Shown here in pieces: positions 45,761-50,373 of a stretch of 50,373 nt of DNA. How positions within the stretch are numbered: position 1 is the stretch's first letter; every line of letters starts with the position of its first letter. The translations under genes and the position numbers were made by a program. The stretch covers positions 1 to 50,373 of the forward strand of contig JAZURW010000126.1 in NCBI GenBank assembly GCA_045606405.1. The letters are read 5' to 3'. Source of the stretch: Candidatus Ornithospirochaeta sp. Its GTDB lineage: Bacteria; Spirochaetota; Spirochaetia; Sphaerochaetales; Sphaerochaetaceae. The notes below the pieces were generated by a model. It was not told where the DNA came from. It did not search any database and was given only the letters and a program-made list of their open reading frames with translations.

Positions 45761-46125
45761 TATCTACCCACCTTTGCATTCTCGTCTACAACAACGGTAA
45801 TATGAGACATTCTCTTTAAGAGGATATCGCGCTTTCCATGTGAGCGAGCCCATACTCTCTTTAGCCTTGGGCCTTCATCTACCTTGATCTCTGAGATGTA
45901 GAGTGACTCTTCATCAAGCTTCTTGTTGAGATTCAAGGCGTTTGCGCCTGCGGACTTGAGAACTTTCAGAATGAGTCTAGCACCCTTCTGAGGCATTGCT
46001 TCGAGAATGGCAACTGATTCTACATAGCCCTTTCCTCTTACGAGGTCTGCAACAGGGCGTACCTTTGAAGGAGAAACCATTAAATATTTAGCAACTGCTT
46101 TGTAACCTTTCTTAGTTTCCATCAT
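45760..46125 (-). CDS. rplV: 50S ribosomal protein L22
   Basis: A.AKYL..SP.K.R.VADLVRGK....A..IL..........K.L.SA.ANA......VDEGP.LKR...R..G. Confidence 0.95.
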   Translation of the reverse strand: MMETKKGYKAVAKYLMVSPSKVRPVADLVRGKGYVESVAILEAMPQKGARLILKVLKSAGANALNLNKKLDEESLYISEIKVDEGPRLKRVWARSHGKRDILLKRMSHITVVVDENAKVGR

Positions 46126-46133
46126 ATTACCTA

Positions 46134-46406
46134 TTACTTACCTTTTTTGTCAGATGCATGACCGCGGAAAGTTCTTGTAGGTGCAAACTCACCGAGCTTG
46201 TGTCCTACGAGGTTCTCTGTTACGAAAACAGGGATCCAGGTCTTGCCATTATATACGGAGATAGTGAAACCAACCATGTCCGGAGTGATTGTTGAGCTAC
46301 GTGAGTAGGTCTTAATCATCTGCTTCTGACCAGCATTGTTTGCTGCTTCAACCCTCTTAAGAAGACTAGCTTCAATAAAAGGACCTTTCTTAATTGACCT
46401 TGCCAT
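46134..46406 (-). CDS. rpsS: 30S ribosomal protein S19
   Basis: [10 protein letters not shown]......TYSR.STI.P.MVG.TI.VYNGK...[21 protein letters not shown]. Confidence 0.96.
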   Translation of the reverse strand: MARSIKKGPFIEASLLKRVEAANNAGQKQMIKTYSRSSTITPDMVGFTISVYNGKTWIPVFVTENLVGHKLGEFAPTRTFRGHASDKKGK

Positions 46407-46415
46407 TTTCTACTC

Positions 46416-47240
46416 CTACTTGCGCTTCTTAACGATGAAACTATTGGAAGGCTTCTTCTTAGAACGTGTCTTGCCGCCCTTAGCTGGCTTACCCCACTTT
46501 GAAACTGGGCTACGACCTGCTGCTGTCTTACCTTCACCACCACCGTGTGGATGGTCAATTGGGTTCATTACAACACCTCTAACCTTAGGTCTCTTACCAA
46601 GGTGTCTTGAAGCACCCGCCTTACCAAGTGAGATATTCATGTGATCTTCGTTTCCGAGTACGCCGATTGTTGCATAGCACTGACCGAATACCATTCTCAT
46701 CTCGCCTGAAGGCAAGCGAAGTGTTACGTAATCTCCTTCCTTAGCTACGATAGTTGCACTGAGGCCTGCTGCTCTGACAAGCTGTCCACCGCGTCCGAGA
46801 TTGAGTTCGACGTTGTGTACGGAAAGTCCGAGTGGGATTTCCTTAAGAGGAAGTGCATTGCCTACTGTGAGAGGTGCGTTTGGGCCAGAAACGATTTTTG
46901 TTCCAACTGTTACGCCTTTAGGTGCAAGAATGTAGCGCTTCTCACCATCTGCATAGAATACAAGTGCGATGTTTACAGATCTGTTTGGATCGTATTCGAT
47001 TGTCTTAACAGTACCTGGTACACCATACTTGTCGCGCTTGAAATCAATAATTCTGTAAGCTCTCTTATGGCCACCGCCGCGTCTTCTGACACTAACGCGT
47101 CCGAAGGTATCACGACCTGCCTTTGAAGGGAGGTTCTTAGTGAGGGACTTCTCTGGCTTCTGAGCTGTGATCTCAGATCTAACAAGAGTTACCTTCTGAC
47201 GGAGACCAGGAGTATTTGGTTTATAATTCTTAAGAGCCAT
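46416..47240 (-). CDS. rplB: 50S ribosomal protein L2
   Basis: GRD..GR...[16 protein letters not shown]......[23 protein letters not shown]....DHPHGGGEG. Confidence 0.97.
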   Translation of the reverse strand: MALKNYKPNTPGLRQKVTLVRSEITAQKPEKSLTKNLPSKAGRDTFGRVSVRRRGGGHKRAYRIIDFKRDKYGVPGTVKTIEYDPNRSVNIALVFYADGEKRYILAPKGVTVGTKIVSGPNAPLTVGNALPLKEIPLGLSVHNVELNLGRGGQLVRAAGLSATIVAKEGDYVTLRLPSGEMRMVFGQCYATIGVLGNEDHMNISLGKAGASRHLGKRPKVRGVVMNPIDHPHGGGEGKTAAGRSPVSKWGKPAKGGKTRSKKKPSNSFIVKKRK

Positions 47241-47254
47241 ATTTCCTTTTCTCC

Positions 47255-47557
47255 TTAGATATTATCAATGGCCTGAATAGACTGTCCCTTGGCCAAGGTT
47301 ACAATTGCCTTCTTCCAGGATGGAGTATAGCCCTTGATGTAGCCACCCTTTCCTCTGGAGAACTTTGGCTTACCGCCAACATTCATTGTGTTGCATGATG
47401 TGCACTCTACATTGAAGAGAACCTTTACAGCATTCATGATCTCGTACTTGTTAGCCTTAGCATCTACCTTGAATGTGTACTTCTTGCACTCTGCTTCACG
47501 TGCGAAATTTGACTTTTCGCTCAAAATTGGTTCAATGATTACCTGATCTGCTCTCAT
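47255..47557 (-). CDS. rplW: 50S ribosomal protein L23
   Basis: Its position between rplD and rplB fits. I..P..SEK......KYTFKV...ANK.EI..AV...F.V. Confidence 0.93.
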   Translation of the reverse strand: MRADQVIIEPILSEKSNFAREAECKKYTFKVDAKANKYEIMNAVKVLFNVECTSCNTMNVGGKPKFSRGKGGYIKGYTPSWKKAIVTLAKGQSIQAIDNI

Positions 47558-47568
47558 CTCTCTGCTCC

Positions 47569-48198
47569 TTAGTTCTCACCATAGAAATCATTAAGATTTG
47601 AAGCTGCTGTCTTGAGAACGATAATCTTCTTGCCATAAAGAAGTTCCTTAGCAGAGAGCTTATCGTAAGCAAGTACGTGCAGGTAAGGAATGTTCCTTGC
47701 TGCGCGGCGAAGCATAGCATCATCATCCTTAAGGATAAGAACTGTGCGCTGATTTTCAGTGTTGAATGCCTTCATTACTGCAGCGACATCCTTTGTCTTG
47801 CCATTTTCGCTGGTGAAATCTTCTACAACAACGAGTCTGTCCTCTGTCACACCAAGTGTGAGAAGGCTCTTCATTGCAAGTCTCTTCACCTTCTTAGGCA
47901 GAGTATAGGAGTAATCTCTTGGCTTTGGTCCGAAGATTGTGCCGCCACCAACTGAAACTGGGGACTTCTTATCACCTCTTCTTGCATTACCAGTACCCTT
48001 CTGCTTATAAGGCTTAGTATTGCTGTAATTGACCTCAGCACGGGTCTTTGTGCAAGCTGTACCGACGCGGCGGTTAGCTGCTTCATTTCTTACGGCGTGG
48101 TAAATGGATCCTGTTGAAACCTCTACTCCGAATACGTTCTCATTCAGAGCGATTGTTCCGATCTCTTTGCCGTCTGTGGAAAAGACTTTCTGTTCCAT
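47569..48198 (-). CDS. rplD: 50S ribosomal protein L4
   Basis: A.R.GTA.TKTRAEV..S..KPY.QKGTG.AR.G......GGG..FGPKPRDYSY.LPKK. Confidence 0.95.
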   Translation of the reverse strand: MEQKVFSTDGKEIGTIALNENVFGVEVSTGSIYHAVRNEAANRRVGTACTKTRAEVNYSNTKPYKQKGTGNARRGDKKSPVSVGGGTIFGPKPRDYSYTLPKKVKRLAMKSLLTLGVTEDRLVVVEDFTSENGKTKDVAAVMKAFNTENQRTVLILKDDDAMLRRAARNIPYLHVLAYDKLSAKELLYGKKIIVLKTAASNLNDFYGEN

Positions 48199-48213
48199 AT
48201 TCTCTACCTAACC

Positions 48214-48834
48214 TTACTTCTTTACTGCTTTCTTTACGATAACAGTGCTCTCGTTTGCGCCAGGGATAGCACCCTTGACCATAAGAACCTGCATCTCGCT
48301 GTCTACTGCGACTACCTTAAGATTCTGGACAGTAACTCTCTCATTACCTAAATGACCAGCCATCTTCTTTCCCTTGAAAGTATGTGAAGGTGTAGATGAC
48401 ATAGCTGTACCACCAAGATCTCTATGGAACTTGGAGCCGTGTGTCTTTTCACCACCGCGGAATCCCCAGCGCTTCATACCACCCTGGTAACCCTTACCCT
48501 TTGAAGTTCCGGTTACGTCTACGAAAGTCACATCTTTGAATAAGTCAACACCTAAAGCATCACCAACTGCTACTTCGTTGTCGAAGTTTCTCATTTCCAT
48601 AACGGTCTGCTTAGGATCGCAAACATCCTTGAACTGTCCTGCGTATGGCTTTGTGACATGGCTCTTCTTCTTTTCGCCAGCACCAAGAACAACTGCAGAA
48701 TAACCGTTCTTGTCTTCGGTTCTATTTGCGATGACTACGTTATCCTCTATTTTAATTACTGTCACAGGAGTAAGTCTTCCTTTTTCGTCAAACACCTGTG
48801 TCATTCCAACTTTTTTGCCGATAAGCCCTAACAT
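48214..48834 (-). CDS. rplC: 50S ribosomal protein L3
   Basis: [17 protein letters not shown]...PVTVI......[29 protein letters not shown]. Confidence 0.96.
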   Translation of the reverse strand: MLGLIGKKVGMTQVFDEKGRLTPVTVIKIEDNVVIANRTEDKNGYSAVVLGAGEKKKSHVTKPYAGQFKDVCDPKQTVMEMRNFDNEVAVGDALGVDLFKDVTFVDVTGTSKGKGYQGGMKRWGFRGGEKTHGSKFHRDLGGTAMSSTPSHTFKGKKMAGHLGNERVTVQNLKVVAVDSEMQVLMVKGAIPGANESTVIVKKAVKK

Positions 48835-48848
48835 CTCTTACCTCAACT

Positions 48849-49157
48849 TTACTGTCTAATTTCAACGTCCACACCTGCAGGGAGCTCGAGCTTCATCAGG
48901 GCTTCAACTACCTTCTGTGTTGGATCCAGGATGTCAATCAATCTCTTGTGTGTTCTCATCTCGAACTGCTCACGACTCTTCTTATTAACATGTGGTGATC
49001 TGAGGACAGTATACTTGTTGATACGTGTTGGTAGAGGTATTGGGCCTGAAACCTTTGCGCCCGCCTTAACTACTGTCTGAACAATTGCCTTTGAGCTCTG
49101 CTCTACAAGGTCAACGTCAAATCCTCTTAACCTAACACGAATTCTTTCGTTTGCCAT
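48849..49157 (-). CDS. rpsJ: 30S ribosomal protein S10
   Basis: IRVRLRGFD...V......IV.T....[11 protein letters not shown].....[26 protein letters not shown]. Confidence 0.97.
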   Translation of the reverse strand: MANERIRVRLRGFDVDLVEQSSKAIVQTVVKAGAKVSGPIPLPTRINKYTVLRSPHVNKKSREQFEMRTHKRLIDILDPTQKVVEALMKLELPAGVDVEIRQ

Positions 49158-49186
49158 TTTAAAAAATCTCCAAAAATCAAATAGGC

Positions 49187-49204
49187 TGCCGGGTAAGCCC
49201 CGGC
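49187..49204 (-). other. Stem-loop in the tuf-rpsJ spacer
   Basis: TGCCGGG (49187-49193) / CCCGGCA (49198-49204). On the minus strand a U-rich run (TTTGATTTTT) follows after a short gap. This could be a partial terminator or a processing hairpin between tuf and the S10 operon. Confidence 0.4.
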
Positions 49205-49223
49205 AAGGCCTTTAGTATTCTAA

Positions 49224-50373
49224 TCAGTCAGCGATCTCAGTTACCTGACCTGAAGCAACAGTTCTGCCGCCCTCTCTGATAGCGAAGCGGAGACCCTTGT
49301 CCATTGCGATTGGGTGAATGAGCTCAACATTGATTTCTGTGTGGTCACCAGGCATTACCATTTCCTTGCCAGCTGGAAGGTGACATGTGCCTGTGATGTC
49401 AGTTGTTCTGAAGTAGAACTGAGGTCTGTAACCATCGAAGAATGGTGAGTGTCTACCGCCTTCTTCCTTAGAAAGAACGTAGATTGTGCCTGTGAACTTA
49501 GCGTGTGGTGTGATTGAATTTGGCTTTGCGAGAACCTGTCCTCTAACAACTTCCTTCTTGTCAACACCTCTGAGGAGTGCGCCAATGTTATCACCAGCCT
49601 GACCTTCGTCAAGAAGCTTGTTGAACATCTCAACACCTGTACATACTGTGTTCTTTGTTTCCTTGATACCAACGATCTGAACTGGGTCGTTTACGTGAAC
49701 AACACCGCGCTCTACTCTACCTGTTACTACAGTACCTCTACCTGAGATTGAGAAGATGTCTTCGATTGGCATGAGGAATGGCTGGTCAACTGCTCTCTCT
49801 GGCTCAGGGATGTATGAATCCATAGCATCAAGGAGCTCCTGGAGGCATGCTGTTGCGTCAGCGTTGTCTGGCTCTGTCATTGCGAGGTAAGCTGAACCCT
49901 TTACGATTGGGCAGTTTGCACCGTCGAAGCCGTACTCTGAAAGGAGGTCTCTCATTTCTTCTTCTACGAGCTCTACGAGATCTGGATCGTCAACCTGGTC
50001 ACACTTGTTGATGAATACGATGATTGCTGGTACACCTACCTGTCTTGCAAGAAGGATGTGCTCCTTTGTCTGAGCCATAGCACCGTCAGTTGCAGCAACT
50101 ACGAGAACAGCACCGTCCATCTGAGCAGCACCTGTGATCATGTTCTTGATATAGTCAGCGTGGCCGGGGCAGTCAACGTGAGCATAGTGACGGTTGTCAG
50201 TTTCATACTCAACGTGAGCTGTGTTGATTGTAATACCGCGCTCTCTCTCTTCGGGAGCCTTATCGATGTTAGCGTAGTCGATGAAGTCTGCGCCGCCCTT
50301 CATAGCGAGGGTCTTTGTGATAGCAGCTGTAAGAGTTGTCTTACCATGGTCAACGTGACCGATGGTACCGATA
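49224..50373 (-). CDS. tuf: Elongation factor Tu; the N-terminal end is cut by the window edge
   Basis: The frame stays open beyond the listed Met to the edge of the window. Manual translation of 50304-50372 gives [23 protein letters not shown] (G1 motif). DCPGHADY and NKCD follow downstream. Confidence 0.97.
   Translation of the reverse strand, partial: IGTIGHVDHGKTTLTAAITKTLAMKGGADFIDYANIDKAPEERERGITINTAHVEYETDNRHYAHVDCPGHADYIKNMITGAAQMDGAVLVVAATDGAMAQTKEHILLARQVGVPAIIVFINKCDQVDDPDLVELVEEEMRDLLSEYGFDGANCPIVKGSAYLAMTEPDNADATACLQELLDAMDSYIPEPERAVDQPFLMPIEDIFSISGRGTVVTGRVERGVVHVNDPVQIVGIKETKNTVCTGVEMFNKLLDEGQAGDNIGALLRGVDKKEVVRGQVLAKPNSITPHAKFTGTIYVLSKEEGGRHSPFFDGYRPQFYFRTTDITGTCHLPAGKEMVMPGDHTEINVELIHPIAMDKGLRFAIREGGRTVASGQVTEIAD

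Noticed and set aside
1-50373. Scan for CRISPR arrays, rRNA, tRNA, IS elements or long direct repeats
   Set aside because: The intergenic spaces are nearly all under 130 nt. The three longer gaps (971-1300, 30510-30707, 36101-36422) show no spaced direct repeats, no tRNA-like cloverleaf and no rRNA-like sequence. I saw no transposase-like ORF apart from the TnpV-like fragment at the left edge.

Overview
This window looks like ordinary chromosomal core DNA, most likely from a spirochaete (Treponema/Sphaerochaeta-like). That guess is an inference from gene order: secY is followed directly by rpmJ with no adk/map/infA, rpsK is followed directly by rpoA with no rpsD, and rpmE sits next to rho. 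About 60 of roughly 64 protein genes are on the minus strand. From right to left the window holds: tuf (partial), the complete S10-spc-alpha ribosomal cluster (rpsJ to rplQ, including rpmD and rpmJ, which I translated by hand because they fall below the ORF-track cutoff), a LysR regulator with a divergent tryptophanase/tyrosine-phenol-lyase-family gene, rny-ymdB, a GerMN-domain gene, der, a HAD hydrolase, a 700-aa membrane-anchored coiled-coil protein, grpE-dnaK-dnaJ, rlmB, purD, dus, a PSP1/RicT-like gene, rpsT, an HU-like gene, lnt, cinA, rho, rpmE, a co-directional galK-like/surE/ykgJ/nifS/nifU/XRE cluster, a long uridine-kinase-like gene, a divergent aldehyde:ferredoxin-oxidoreductase-family gene, a tightly overlapping hydrolase/YihY/orphan operon, an RpiR regulator, and at the left edge the first 32 codons of a TnpV-like mobile-element protein. 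I found no rRNA, tRNA or CRISPR array, and no recognisable defence or toxin-antitoxin pair. I cannot point to a convincing new 'system'. The candidates I consider most worth follow-up are: (a) the overlapping hydrolase / YihY::wHTH / 151-aa orphan operon; (b) the coiled-coil protein with tandem 29-residue repeats, which sits where hrcA often lies upstream of grpE; (c) a galactokinase-fold protein whose three catalytic motifs all look degenerate; (d) an orphan antitoxin-like XRE gene translationally coupled to nifU; (e) a Cys-rich insertion in the PSP1/RicT homologue; (f) the roughly 205-aa low-complexity N-terminal extension of Rho; (g) the LysR/beta-eliminating-lyase insert between core operons. 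All homology calls rest on motif recognition by eye, with no database search. Start codons were refined by hand wherever the ORF track began at TTG or GTG.
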